Source: an uncultured Acidimicrobiaceae bacterium (GTDB lineage: Bacteria > Actinomycetota > Acidimicrobiia > Acidimicrobiales > RAAP-2). From it: 64,000 nt of DNA. Position 1 is the stretch's first letter. Each line of letters opens with the position of its first letter. Location of the stretch: the NCBI GenBank assembly GCA_963830165.1, contig CAWHKZ010000004.1, positions 37,722 through 101,721 of the forward strand. The letters run 5' to 3'. The translations under genes were made by a program, and so were the position numbers. The notes under the pieces are model-generated. The model was not told the DNA's origin, ran no database searches, and saw nothing but the letters and a program-made list of their open reading frames with translations. Of the stretch, positions 53,938 through 62,738 are shown piece after piece.

Positions 53938-55199
53938 GCCGTGAAATCCTCCCAGCCCGGCAGGGCGAGCGGCGAGTAGTCGCCGCTGGAGACGGCCGAT
54001 ACCTCGCCGGTCGACCTGAGCTGGAAGCTCACGTCGAGGGGGAGGTGGACCCGACCGGTGGCCCGACCGGGGTTGGCGACCTCGAACTTGGTGACCTGGT
54101 CCTTCCAGTCGTAGATGGCCGTCACCGTGGCGCTGCGGACGCCGACGCTCACCGAGTACGTGCCATCGAGCAGCGGGACATCCGGAAAGAAGAATTTGAC
54201 GATCCCGCCGCCTTCGGGGATCTCTATGGCACAGGCCGTGTCGTCCGGGTCCGAGGCGAAGACCAGCTCGTTCTGGTCGTCGTGGATGGCGATGGTGGCC
54301 ATGGCATTGGGAACGGCGGCCAGGCTGTCGACATCGGCGGTGATGGTGAGCGACTCGCCGGGGTACATGTGGCCGCGGATCCCGCTACCGCCGTGGTCGG
54401 CCATCACCGTGCCGATGGCCAGGACATTGCCGGCGATGCCGCCGGACTCCGAACCTTCGAGGGTTCCCACACCGAGCAGGTCCGCCAGGTAGACCCGGAT
54501 GGCCTCACCGGGCTCGTCGACGGTGATGACCCTGCCGTGGTTCATGACCATGGCCCGAGCGCAGTTCTGGCGGATGGTGTCCGCGCCGTGGCTCACCACG
54601 ACGATGGTCCGGCCCTCGCGCTGGAACCTCTTGACGTGATCGAGGCACTTGCGCTGGAACGCGGCGTCCCCCACGGCCAGCACCTCGTCGACCAGGAGGA
54701 CGTCGGGCTCGACGTTGACGGCCACGGCGAAGCCGAGGCGGACGTACATTCCCGACGAGTAGAACTTGACCTGGTTGTCGATGAAGTCCTCGAGCTCGGC
54801 GAAGGCCACGATGTCGTCGAATCGCTTGGCGATGTCGGCGTGGGAGAGACCGAGCAACGAACCGTTCAGGTAGATGTTGTCCCGGCCGGACAGGTCGGGC
54901 TGGAACCCGGCTCCGAGCTCCAGCATGGCGGCCAGGGTGCCGCGCACCCTGATCTCACCGGTGGTCGGCTTCAGGATGCCGGCGACGCACTTGAGCAGCG
55001 TCGACTTGCCGCAGCCGTTCCGCCCGAGGATGCCGAACGTCTCACCCTGGTTGATGTCGACGTTCACGTCGCGGAGTGCCCAGAACGGGGTGAACGGCAT
55101 CTTGCCGCCGTGTATCACCCGCTCCTTGAGCGAGGTGTGCTTCTCGTTGTAGAGACGGAACTGCTTGGAGATGTCGGTTACTTCGATTGCGACGGCCAC
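53934..55199 (-). CDS. wzt: Polysaccharide ABC exporter ATP-binding protein (Wzt/TagH-type) with a ~170-aa C-terminal beta-rich extension (Wzt_C-like)
   Basis: LRDVNVDINQGETFGILGRNGCGKSTLLK, YSSGMYVRLGFAVA and LLVDEVLAVGD are present. The C-terminal domain reads ...ESLTITADVDS...ATIAIHDDQNELVFASD...LLDGTYSVSVGV. Confidence 0.9.
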   Translation of the reverse strand: MAVAIEVTDISKQFRLYNEKHTSLKERVIHGGKMPFTPFWALRDVNVDINQGETFGILGRNGCGKSTLLKCVAGILKPTTGEIRVRGTLAAMLELGAGFQPDLSGRDNIYLNGSLLGLSHADIAKRFDDIVAFAELEDFIDNQVKFYSSGMYVRLGFAVAVNVEPDVLLVDEVLAVGDAAFQRKCLDHVKRFQREGRTIVVVSHGADTIRQNCARAMVMNHGRVITVDEPGEAIRVYLADLLGVGTLEGSESGGIAGNVLAIGTVMADHGGSGIRGHMYPGESLTITADVDSLAAVPNAMATIAIHDDQNELVFASDPDDTACAIEIPEGGGIVKFFFPDVPLLDGTYSVSVGVRSATVTAIYDWKDQVTKFEVANPGRATGRVHLPLDVSFQLRSTGEVSAVSSGDYSPLALPGWEDFTA

Positions 55200-55202
55200 G
55201 GT

Positions 55203-56207
55203 CTAGAGCTCCTCGGCGAAGTTGCCCTCGAGCCGCCCGAAGACGACGAGTGCGAGCAGGAACAGCCCGACGCTCACGACGAAGACGGCGACGAGCATGG
55301 CCGCATATCCGGCCGGACTCCACGTGGGCAGCACGTTGTACCAGGTGGGGACCTTCTGGCCGGGACTCAGGTAGGAATACTTGGTCACGCCGTAGATCGC
55401 CCGCTGGAAGGTCATGGCGATCGGGGTGATCGGATTGAGGAGGTAGACGTACTGGAGCCAGTCGAGCACCGGATGCTTCTCGTTGTGGTCGGAGAGGAAG
55501 ATGGTCCCGTAGGTGTAGACGATCGACGTCCCCCAGAACCAGGCCATCAGCAGGACCTCGGTGAGATGCTGGGTGTCGCGCAGGTAGACGTTGACCGCGG
55601 ACAGGAAGATGGACAGCGCCCCGGTGAACATCAGCAGTGCGACCAGGGCCAAGGGGAGGATGGCGACGAACTGCCATGCCGGCTGGATCCCGAAGAGGAG
55701 CATGGCGGCGATCAGCACGACCACCTGGATGGCGAAGAGCACCATGTTCACGCCGACCACCGACAGGGCGAGCAGTTCCCGAGGGAAGGCCACCTTCTTG
55801 ACGATGCCGGCCTTGCCCACGACGACCGAGGTGGCACCCATGGCCGATCCGTTGAACAGGTTCCAGACCAGCAGACCGGCGAAGAGCCAGATGGCGAAGT
55901 TGGGTTGGTGGTTCCTGGCGATGATCTTGAAGACCACGTAGTAGATGGACAGCACCAGGGCCGGGTTCAGCATCGACCAGGCGTAGCCGAGCGCCGAGTC
56001 CTTGTACTTGACCTTCAGCTCGGTCCGGACCAGCAGCATCAGCAGGTCCCGGTTGATCCAGAGGTCCTTCAGCCGTTGGCCGAGCTGCACCTTCCCGTTG
56101 ACGACGGTGATCCGGTCATGGCTCTGCCCGGGAACGAAGCGGGTGCTGCCACCGATCGACGAGCCCTGCTCGGGCTCCGAAGACGCCGGTTTGTCGATGA
56201 TGCTCAT
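55203..56207 (-). CDS. wzm: ABC-2-type polysaccharide exporter permease (Wzm)
   Basis: LLMLLVRTELKVKYKDSALGYAWSMLNPAL... is followed by six TM segments. The ATG at 56207 shares its A with the clpP stop (TGATG). Confidence 0.9.
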   Translation of the reverse strand: MSIIDKPASSEPEQGSSIGGSTRFVPGQSHDRITVVNGKVQLGQRLKDLWINRDLLMLLVRTELKVKYKDSALGYAWSMLNPALVLSIYYVVFKIIARNHQPNFAIWLFAGLLVWNLFNGSAMGATSVVVGKAGIVKKVAFPRELLALSVVGVNMVLFAIQVVVLIAAMLLFGIQPAWQFVAILPLALVALLMFTGALSIFLSAVNVYLRDTQHLTEVLLMAWFWGTSIVYTYGTIFLSDHNEKHPVLDWLQYVYLLNPITPIAMTFQRAIYGVTKYSYLSPGQKVPTWYNVLPTWSPAGYAAMLVAVFVVSVGLFLLALVVFGRLEGNFAEEL

Positions 56208-56806
56208 CAGGTGGAGGACTCCGTGCCGGCCGTCGGGACCTGCACGGCGTCCTTCTGGATCACCTCGTCGATGAACCCGTACTCGCGGGCCTCCTCGGCG
56301 GTGAACCAGCGGTCGCGGTCCGAGTCCGCCTCGATGCGCTCGATCGGCTGGCCCGTGTGGAACGAGATCCGCTCGGCCAGCATCCGCTTCATGTAGATGA
56401 TCTGCTCGGCCTGGATGGCGATGTCGGAGGCCTGGCCCTGCATGCCCCCCGACGGCTGGTGCATCAGGATCCGGCTGTGGGGCAGGGCGAAGCGCTTGCC
56501 CGGCGTGCCGGCGCATAGGAGGAACTGGCCCATGGACGCGGCCAGGCCCACGCAGATGGTGCGGACGTCGCACCGGACGTACTGCATCGTGTCGTAGATG
56601 GCGAGGCCGTCGGTGACCGACCCGCCGGGCGAGTTGATGTACACCGAGATGTCCCGCTCCTGGTCCTCGGCCTCGAGGAGGATCAGCTGCGAGCACACCA
56701 GGTTGGCCGTGTTCTGGTCGATCGCCGACCCGATGAAGACGATGCGCTCCTTCAGCAGGCGCTGGAAGATGTCGGAGCCCGGTCCGACGTCGGCGCCAGT
56801 CTTCAT
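56207..56806 (-). CDS. clpP: ATP-dependent Clp protease proteolytic subunit ClpP (all triad residues present)
   Basis: [59 protein letters not shown] is present. The triad residues are Ser in GLAASMG, His in LMHQPSGG and Asp in [21 protein letters not shown]. Confidence 0.9.
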   Translation of the reverse strand: MKTGADVGPGSDIFQRLLKERIVFIGSAIDQNTANLVCSQLILLEAEDQERDISVYINSPGGSVTDGLAIYDTMQYVRCDVRTICVGLAASMGQFLLCAGTPGKRFALPHSRILMHQPSGGMQGQASDIAIQAEQIIYMKRMLAERISFHTGQPIERIEADSDRDRWFTAEEAREYGFIDEVIQKDAVQVPTAGTESST

Positions 56807-56881
56807 CTCCGGGGTCCCGGCCGAACCGATCGTGGATAGGGACGCGGTGGGCGTCGAGAGGGGATTCCATGAGTGTTGAGC

Positions 56882-58033
56882 CTAGTTCGTCGTAGATGGT
56901 GACGGACGCAGGGTGGCGTCCGCGCCGGACCCGGTCGAGAGTCCCACAGGGGTGTCCCCGGCACGCTCCGCCACCCGCCGCAAGGCCGCCACCAGGTCGG
57001 ATGCCGCCCGGTCGACCCCGAGTGCGGCGGGACGCTCCCGACCCGCCGCCACCAGCGCGGCACACCGCGCCGGGTCGGCCAGGAGTCGCGACACCTCGTG
57101 GGCCACCCGGCGGGGGCTCTTGGCGTCCAGCAGCACGCCGGCCGGGCCCACCAGGTCGGGCAGCGCGCCGGCCGCGTAGGCGACGACAGGGACACCGTGG
57201 GTCATGGCTTCGAGCACCGGCACGCCGAATCCTTCGTGTTCGGACAGCATCACCAGCACGTCGGCCGCCTCGTAGCGGGCCGACAGCTGGGCGTCGGTGA
57301 GCCCCGACACGAACTCCACCGCACCGGCCATCCCCAACTCGCCGGCGAAGCGCCGCAGCGCCTGGGCGTACGTCGGCTCCGAGGACGATCCCACGATGGT
57401 GAGCCGGGCACCGGGATCGGTGGTCGCCCGGGCCACGAACAGCGCGGCGATGGTGTCCTCGTGGCCCTTGTTGGGGGCCAGGCGGCCGACCGACAGCCAG
57501 CGGGGGCCGGCGGGCCGGGCCTCGAGCGCGGCCAGCGTTCCCGGGTCCGGAGCCGGCGGGGGCAAGCGCAGGTTGGCCACCGGGATCACCTCGACCTCCC
57601 GGCAGCCGGCCCGGCGGAGTTCGTCGGCGTCGAACGCCGATACGCCGATGCCCAGGGCGGCCGTCGGCGCCAGGGCGGCGAGGTCCTGGGTGGCCCCCAC
57701 CTGGTGGCGGGCGATCCAGTTGTTCCACGGCACGAAGTACTCCGGTGGCGTGATGCTGTGGTAGTTCACGACCACCGGTTCCGGGCGACGCAGCAGCCAG
57801 GCGACCATCTCCGAGCGGGTGGCCATCTCGTAGACGAGCACGTCGCCGGGCCGGGCCTCGGCTTCGTAGTCGAGGTAGTGCCGGGTCTCCTCCGCCGTGT
57901 CGGGGTCGGGCACCTCGACGTAGATCCGGCACTCGACCCCGTCGGCCACCAGGCGGTCCCGCAACGACCGGGTGTGCTCCCCCACCGCGTCCCGGCGGTG
58001 GAGCATGGGCACGAACAGGTGGATGCCGCTCAC
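56882..58033 (-). CDS. Family 4 glycosyltransferase (type 'E')
   Basis: VSGIHLFVPMLHRRDAVGEHTRSLRDRL...LSVGRLAPNKGHED...MLSEHEGFGVPVLEAMTHGVPVVA. The GTG at 58033 overlaps the upstream stop (GTGA). Confidence 0.85.
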   Translation of the reverse strand: MSGIHLFVPMLHRRDAVGEHTRSLRDRLVADGVECRIYVEVPDPDTAEETRHYLDYEAEARPGDVLVYEMATRSEMVAWLLRRPEPVVVNYHSITPPEYFVPWNNWIARHQVGATQDLAALAPTAALGIGVSAFDADELRRAGCREVEVIPVANLRLPPPAPDPGTLAALEARPAGPRWLSVGRLAPNKGHEDTIAALFVARATTDPGARLTIVGSSSEPTYAQALRRFAGELGMAGAVEFVSGLTDAQLSARYEAADVLVMLSEHEGFGVPVLEAMTHGVPVVAYAAGALPDLVGPAGVLLDAKSPRRVAHEVSRLLADPARCAALVAAGRERPAALGVDRAASDLVAALRRVAERAGDTPVGLSTGSGADATLRPSPSTTN

Positions 58034-59049
58034 GGGTGGACCTCCACCACGACCGCGTGCACCGGCCCCCGGTCGGCCGATCGGACCACCGCACCGGGGA
58101 GCCCCCGGTCGGCCAGGACGACCCGCCACGTCTCGGGGTGGAGCGGGTGCCCGGGCAGGAGGTCGGCCGCCACCGGGTCGAGCCCCGCTCCCCACGCCGC
58201 CTGGTCGGTCACCAGCAGGGCCAGGGTCCCCCCCGGGGCCAGCACCCGGACGGCGTGCTCGACCAGCTCGAGCTTGACGGCCAGGGGGGCCCGGTCGACG
58301 CAGCCCGAGAGGACCATGCCGCCCCGGCTGGCCGGCGCCAGGCGCCGCAGGTGGTCGACCACCTCGGCCAGGGTCACGGTCACCCGGTGGCCCGGTACCA
58401 CCAGATCGGCCTCGGCGCCCCACACCACCCCGCCCCGGGGGTCGACGGCGTCGACCGCCACCCCGGTACCGGCCACCGCGGCGGCCAGTCGCCGGTCCCC
58501 GAGCTCCCCGACCACGACCGGCAGGCCGGCGTCGGCCGTCGCCCACCCGGTGGCCGCCCCGACCCACGCCGAGGTGTCCGGTGCGGGCAGGTCGAGCTCC
58601 CCCACCGGGATGCCCAGCGGATCGACGGCGGCCTCCAGCCGTTCCACCCGGGCCGACAGGAACCGCACGGCGTCGAGGGTCGCCGTGCGCAGCTCCGCCA
58701 GGGCCTCGTCGTCCAGGCGCGCCGACTCGTGGACGGCCTGGTCGGTGTACTCGCTCAGTTCCTGGGCCACCTGCTTCACCACGTCGCCCAGCACCCGCTC
58801 GCTGGCCCTGGCGCTCCGGCCCCGCTCCCACAGATCGGCCGGGAGGCCGCCCCAGGGCGACAGGCGACCGTGCGCCTCGGGCGCCTCGGTCAGCCGGCGG
58901 ACGGCATCGTCGAAGTTCCACCGCAGGGTCCCCTGCGGGCGCAGCCGGTCGAAGGCCTCGAGCAGGGCGCGCTCGTCGGCCGGGAGGCCGGCACGCGGAT
59001 CGGCCGGCGCCTCGTGCTCCACCGGGTCGTCCCCCTGGTCAGCCGGCAC
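58030..59049 (-). CDS. Coiled-coil plus class-I-methyltransferase-fold protein with a degenerate SAM-binding loop (candidate chain terminator/ruler); start uncertain
   Basis: The helical N-terminal region is VLGDVVKQVAQELSEYTDQAVHESARLDDEALAELRTATLDAVRFLSARVERLEAAV. A Rossmann-like region follows (PVVVGELGDRRL...AVDAVDP...GGMVLSGCVD...VLAPGGTLALLV). The GTG at 59049 overlaps the upstream gene by 11 nt. Confidence 0.55.
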   Translation of the reverse strand: MPADQGDDPVEHEAPADPRAGLPADERALLEAFDRLRPQGTLRWNFDDAVRRLTEAPEAHGRLSPWGGLPADLWERGRSARASERVLGDVVKQVAQELSEYTDQAVHESARLDDEALAELRTATLDAVRFLSARVERLEAAVDPLGIPVGELDLPAPDTSAWVGAATGWATADAGLPVVVGELGDRRLAAAVAGTGVAVDAVDPRGGVVWGAEADLVVPGHRVTVTLAEVVDHLRRLAPASRGGMVLSGCVDRAPLAVKLELVEHAVRVLAPGGTLALLVTDQAAWGAGLDPVAADLLPGHPLHPETWRVVLADRGLPGAVVRSADRGPVHAVVVEVHP

Positions 59050-60301
59050 GGGCCACCCCTTCGCGCACGTAGGCCGTACCCCCGGTGGGCAGGCGGAGGC
59101 GCGCCGTGTGCAGCGGTGGCCGTCGCCCCCGGTCGACGACGCCCTCGAGGAAGGCGGTGTAGCGGTCGATGATCGACGGCCACAGGTAGTTCCGCTCGGT
59201 GTAGCGACGGCCCGACTCGCCGAGGGCGGACCGCAGCGCGGCGTCTCCGGCCAGCCGGCCGACCGTCGCCTCGAAGCTCCGGTAGGAGTCGAACCACAGG
59301 CCGCCCCCGGACCGCTGGCAGTGCTCCATCGTGGCCGCACAGGACCCGTTGACCAGTACCGGCACCCCGAGCGTCCAGGCCTCGAGGACGACCAGCGAGA
59401 ACGACTCGTAGGCCGACGGCTGGACCATCGCCCGGGCGCCGGCCAGCACGTCCCACTTGTCGGCCTCGGACACCGTCCCGGTGACGACGATGTCGGGATG
59501 CTCCGGCGCCTTGGCCGACACCGGGCCGACGAGGGCCAGCGCCAGGTCCGACGGGTTCCGTTCCTTGTACTCGGCGAAGTAGTCGGCGAGCATGCCGCAG
59601 CCCTTGTGCTCGTCGACCCGCCCGAGGTAGCAGAGGTAGGGGCGGTCGCCGATCCCGAGGACGTCGCCGCCGGGGCGACCGGTCCCGGCCGGGTCGTTCA
59701 CGCCGAGACCGAGGACCACCTGGGGGCGGGCCCCGATCCGGTACACGTCCTCCATCAGCTCCCGCTCGGCACGTGTGTGGTAGACGAATCCGTCGACGTC
59801 GAGGAAGCTCCGGCGGAAAGCCGCGAAGTACAGCGCCGGCTCGTCGTGGGCGGCCGGGTGCAGCACCACGGGCACAGGTGACACGGCAATGGCGTCCACC
59901 GTGGTGGCGAAGAGGTACGGGTAGCAGGCGATCACGTCGGCGTCCGTGGCGGCCACCGCGTCGACGAGGCCGGGGCACATCGGCCCGTTGAGGGCCACCC
60001 ACTTGCGGGTGTCGGACAGGTCGGCCGCGCCGGGGGCGACCCGCAGCTGGCCGTCGAGGGCGAAGTAGTCGAGTGTGCGCCGCGACGCCGTCGGGAACCG
60101 GTTGACCGTCACGCCGTTGAGCTCGCCGGTCCCGGCGGGCTCGGTGTTCTCCCACGTGAGGTGGTCGAGGGCGCAGCTGGTGAGGACCTCCACCTCCCAC
60201 CCGTCGCGTCGCACCAGGCGCTCGGCCAGCATGCGGGCCGCCGTCTCGGCCCCGCCGATGACCTCGGTGCCGTAGCGCGGGGTGACGAAGGCCAGCTTCA
60301 T
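59039..60301 (-). CDS. Family 4 glycosyltransferase (type 'D')
   Basis: MKLAFVTPRYGTEVIGGAETAARMLAERLVRRDGWEVEVLT...QPSAYESFSLVVLEAWTLGVPVLVN. The ATG at 60301 overlaps the upstream stop (ATGA). Confidence 0.85.
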   Translation of the reverse strand: MKLAFVTPRYGTEVIGGAETAARMLAERLVRRDGWEVEVLTSCALDHLTWENTEPAGTGELNGVTVNRFPTASRRTLDYFALDGQLRVAPGAADLSDTRKWVALNGPMCPGLVDAVAATDADVIACYPYLFATTVDAIAVSPVPVVLHPAAHDEPALYFAAFRRSFLDVDGFVYHTRAERELMEDVYRIGARPQVVLGLGVNDPAGTGRPGGDVLGIGDRPYLCYLGRVDEHKGCGMLADYFAEYKERNPSDLALALVGPVSAKAPEHPDIVVTGTVSEADKWDVLAGARAMVQPSAYESFSLVVLEAWTLGVPVLVNGSCAATMEHCQRSGGGLWFDSYRSFEATVGRLAGDAALRSALGESGRRYTERNYLWPSIIDRYTAFLEGVVDRGRRPPLHTARLRLPTGGTAYVREGVARAG

Positions 60302-61392
60302 GCCACCACCGGCCCGTGGCCGGTCACACCTGCCAGGACCTCCACGAACCGCCGGCGGGTGGTCTCGGCCGCGAAGTCGCCCAGGCGCCGCCGTCCGGCG
60401 TCCACGAGCCACGCGGTCAGCCGGTCGTCCCGGTGGACGCGGTCGACCGCCGCCGCCACCGTGGCCGGTCGGGCCTCGGACAGCAGGATCCCGGCGTCGG
60501 CCAGGGTCTCGGCCACCGCACCGGCGTCGAACGCCACGATCGGCGTGCCCGCCCGCATGGCCTCGAGCAGCGGGATGCAGAAGCCCTCGTGTTCCGACAG
60601 GCACACGAAGACGTCGGCGTCCTCGTACCAGGCGGCGAGCTGCGCGGTCGTCAGGCCCTCGCCATGGCGGACGGCGTCGGCCAGGCCCAGCTCGTCGGCG
60701 AACGCGAAGACCGCCTCGGCGTAGGACGGCGTCACCGCCGGGCCCACGAGGTGGAGCCGGGCATCGGGGTCGTAGAGCCGTCGGTAGACCCAGAGCGCCT
60801 CGACCAACCGCTCGTGCGCCTTGTTGGGTGAGATGCGTCCGACGAAGAGCAGCACGGTGGCCCCTCCGTGCTCGGCGGCCAGTCGGGCCCGCTCGGCGCC
60901 GTCGACGGCACCGTGGTCCGACTCGAGGTCGACCAGGATGGGCACCACGGCGGTGGCCGGGCAGCCCAGCTCCTCGAGCTCGCGGGCGTTGAACGCCGAG
61001 TCGGCGATCCCGAGCACCGCCTTCGGGGCGAGGGCCGCCACCTGCTCCCGGGCCAGGGCCACCTTGGCCGCGGTGTGCTCCTCCCACCCCCGGTAGAAGG
61101 ACTCGGGTGTGACGTTGTGGTAGTCGAGGACCAGGGGCTCGTCCCGCCCGAGGAGGAACTCGGCCACCGGTGACGACGTGCCCAGCTGGTAGAGCAGCAC
61201 GTCACCCGGTCGGGCCCGGGAGGGGTACTCCTCGAAGTACGTGGCCTCGTGCTGGAGCTCGTCGTGGGCGGCCTCGACGTAGATGTCGGACTCCCATCCG
61301 ACCGCCCGCAGGGCGTCGCGCAGGGCGCGGGTGTGGTCCCCCGTGGCGTCGCGGGGCAGCAGGGCGGGCACGAACTGGTGGACGGCGGTCAC
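60298..61392 (-). CDS. Family 4 glycosyltransferase (type 'E')
   Basis: VTAVHQFVPALLPRDATGDHTRALRDAL...LLFVGRISPNKAHERL...CLSEHEGFCIPLLEAMRAGTPIVA. The GTG at 61392 overlaps the upstream stop (GTGA). Confidence 0.85.
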   Translation of the reverse strand: MTAVHQFVPALLPRDATGDHTRALRDALRAVGWESDIYVEAAHDELQHEATYFEEYPSRARPGDVLLYQLGTSSPVAEFLLGRDEPLVLDYHNVTPESFYRGWEEHTAAKVALAREQVAALAPKAVLGIADSAFNARELEELGCPATAVVPILVDLESDHGAVDGAERARLAAEHGGATVLLFVGRISPNKAHERLVEALWVYRRLYDPDARLHLVGPAVTPSYAEAVFAFADELGLADAVRHGEGLTTAQLAAWYEDADVFVCLSEHEGFCIPLLEAMRAGTPIVAFDAGAVAETLADAGILLSEARPATVAAAVDRVHRDDRLTAWLVDAGRRRLGDFAAETTRRRFVEVLAGVTGHGPVVA

Positions 61393-62510
61393 CGCTCCCG
61401 CGTGGCGACCACGAGGTACTCCGTCGGCCCGAGCAGCAGGTCGTTGATGACGTCGATGGCGGCGTTGACCGCGGCCGCGTCCGTGGCGCCGTCCGCCACG
61501 GGGGCCAGGCGCCGGTCGTCGCCCCCGGTGACCGTCGTCCGGACGGCGAACCCCCGGCTGGCCAACAGGTGGGCCCACGTCTCGGCGTGGAGCGGACGGC
61601 CGGGGGCCAGGTCCCGCACGACCGGCGGGGCCGACGCCGCCCAGGCTTCGGGGGACGCCGAGTGGAGCACCAGGGTCCCGTCGACGGCCAGGCGGGACGA
61701 GACGAGCTCCAGCAGCCGCTCCCGCTCGTTCGGTCGGAGCCACTGCACCGAGCCGGTCAGCACGATGCCGCCCAGGGCCTCGCTGGACACCACGTCGAGA
61801 TGGTCGAGCATCGCCTCGGCGCGCACGTCGACACCCCGGTCGAGGGCCGGCTCGAGGGCCAGGTCCGAGGGGTCCACGCCGTAGGCGTCGACCCCGGCGG
61901 CCAGCAGGCCGTCGACGAGCGAGGCGTCGCCGCAGTCGGCGACCACCACCCGTTCGGCCACCCCGGACAGGGCCTCGGCGGCGGCCGGGGCCCACCACGC
62001 GGCACCGGCGCCGGACACCGGGACCACGGCGACGGGCAGGTCGGGTGACCGGTGCGCCTCGACGGCGGCCTCCAGGTCCTCCACGTGGTCCACGACCACG
62101 TGGAACATCCGCGACACCGACCAGGCGAACTTCACGACCTGGGCGATGATGAAGGTCATGTACCAGCCGAGGGCCTTGCGGATGGCCCGCTTGACGTAGC
62201 TGCCCACGGCCTTGTTGGAGGCGGTCGGCACGGCGATGTCGACGAAGGCGGCCCCGTCGACCAGCGAGAGCGTCTCCCGCAGGCGGGCCCGGCCCTGCAG
62301 CCCCACCGGCGAGAATTCGAGGAACAGCTCGTCGAGCTCCCGCTCGAGGCCGGCGGGCAGGTCGCCCGAGGCCCGGCGGCGTCGGACCTCGGCGTCGATC
62401 TCGGCCATCACCTCGTCGAGGTAGCGGATCCGGGCGGCCACGTCGGTGGCCTCGGAGACGCGGTCGGCGTCGGGGCCGGCGGAGGTCGGGGCGGAGGGCG
62501 GGGTCGGCAC
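61389..62510 (-). CDS. Coiled-coil plus class-I-methyltransferase-fold protein with a degenerate SAM-binding loop (paralog-like of 58030..59049); first gene of the glycan operon
   Basis: IRYLDEVMAEIDAEVRRRR...LERELDELF...VKRAIRKALGWYMTFIIAQVVKFAWSVSRMF is followed by VVVADCGDASLV...AYGVDPS...LGGIVLTGSVQWL...LAVDGTLVLHS. The GTG at 62510 is in frame with ORF 61389..63011. The gene cannot start beyond tRNA-Leu. Confidence 0.55.
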   Translation of the reverse strand: MPTPPSAPTSAGPDADRVSEATDVAARIRYLDEVMAEIDAEVRRRRASGDLPAGLERELDELFLEFSPVGLQGRARLRETLSLVDGAAFVDIAVPTASNKAVGSYVKRAIRKALGWYMTFIIAQVVKFAWSVSRMFHVVVDHVEDLEAAVEAHRSPDLPVAVVPVSGAGAAWWAPAAAEALSGVAERVVVADCGDASLVDGLLAAGVDAYGVDPSDLALEPALDRGVDVRAEAMLDHLDVVSSEALGGIVLTGSVQWLRPNERERLLELVSSRLAVDGTLVLHSASPEAWAASAPPVVRDLAPGRPLHAETWAHLLASRGFAVRTTVTGGDDRRLAPVADGATDAAAVNAAIDVINDLLLGPTEYLVVATRER

Positions 62511-62522
62511 AGGCTGACTATA
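62511..62522 (-). promoter_or_regulatory. Candidate -10 box (TATAGT) placed for a leaderless transcript of the glycan operon
   Basis: On the minus strand TATAGT (62522-62517) is followed by 6 nt (CAGCCT) and then the GTG at 62510. No Shine-Dalgarno sequence is present. Confidence 0.35.
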
Positions 62523-62593
62523 GCCAGGGGCCCCGGGGCTCCCCGTGAGGCACCCCCGTGGCCGGGACCCGGCTCGGTAGGCTGGGCCGCCAC

Positions 62594-62678
62594 GCGGGCG
62601 TGGCGGAATCGGCAGACGCGCCGGGTTTAGGTCCCGGTCCCTTCGGGGGTGGAGGTTCGAATCCTCTCGCCCGCACCA
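62594..62678 (+). tRNA. tRNA-Leu (anticodon TAG), long variable arm, CCA encoded
   Basis: Folded by hand: acceptor GCGGGCG/CGCCCGC, anticodon stem CCGGG/CCCGG with loop TT-TAG-GT, variable arm TCCCTTCGGGGGT, T-loop GGTTCGAAT, 3' ACCA. Confidence 0.95.
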
Positions 62679-62738
62679 TGCACCGGCGGCCGGGCGGCCG
62701 CGGTGGCGAGGCGACGGCGCAGCGTGTTCACTGGAGTC

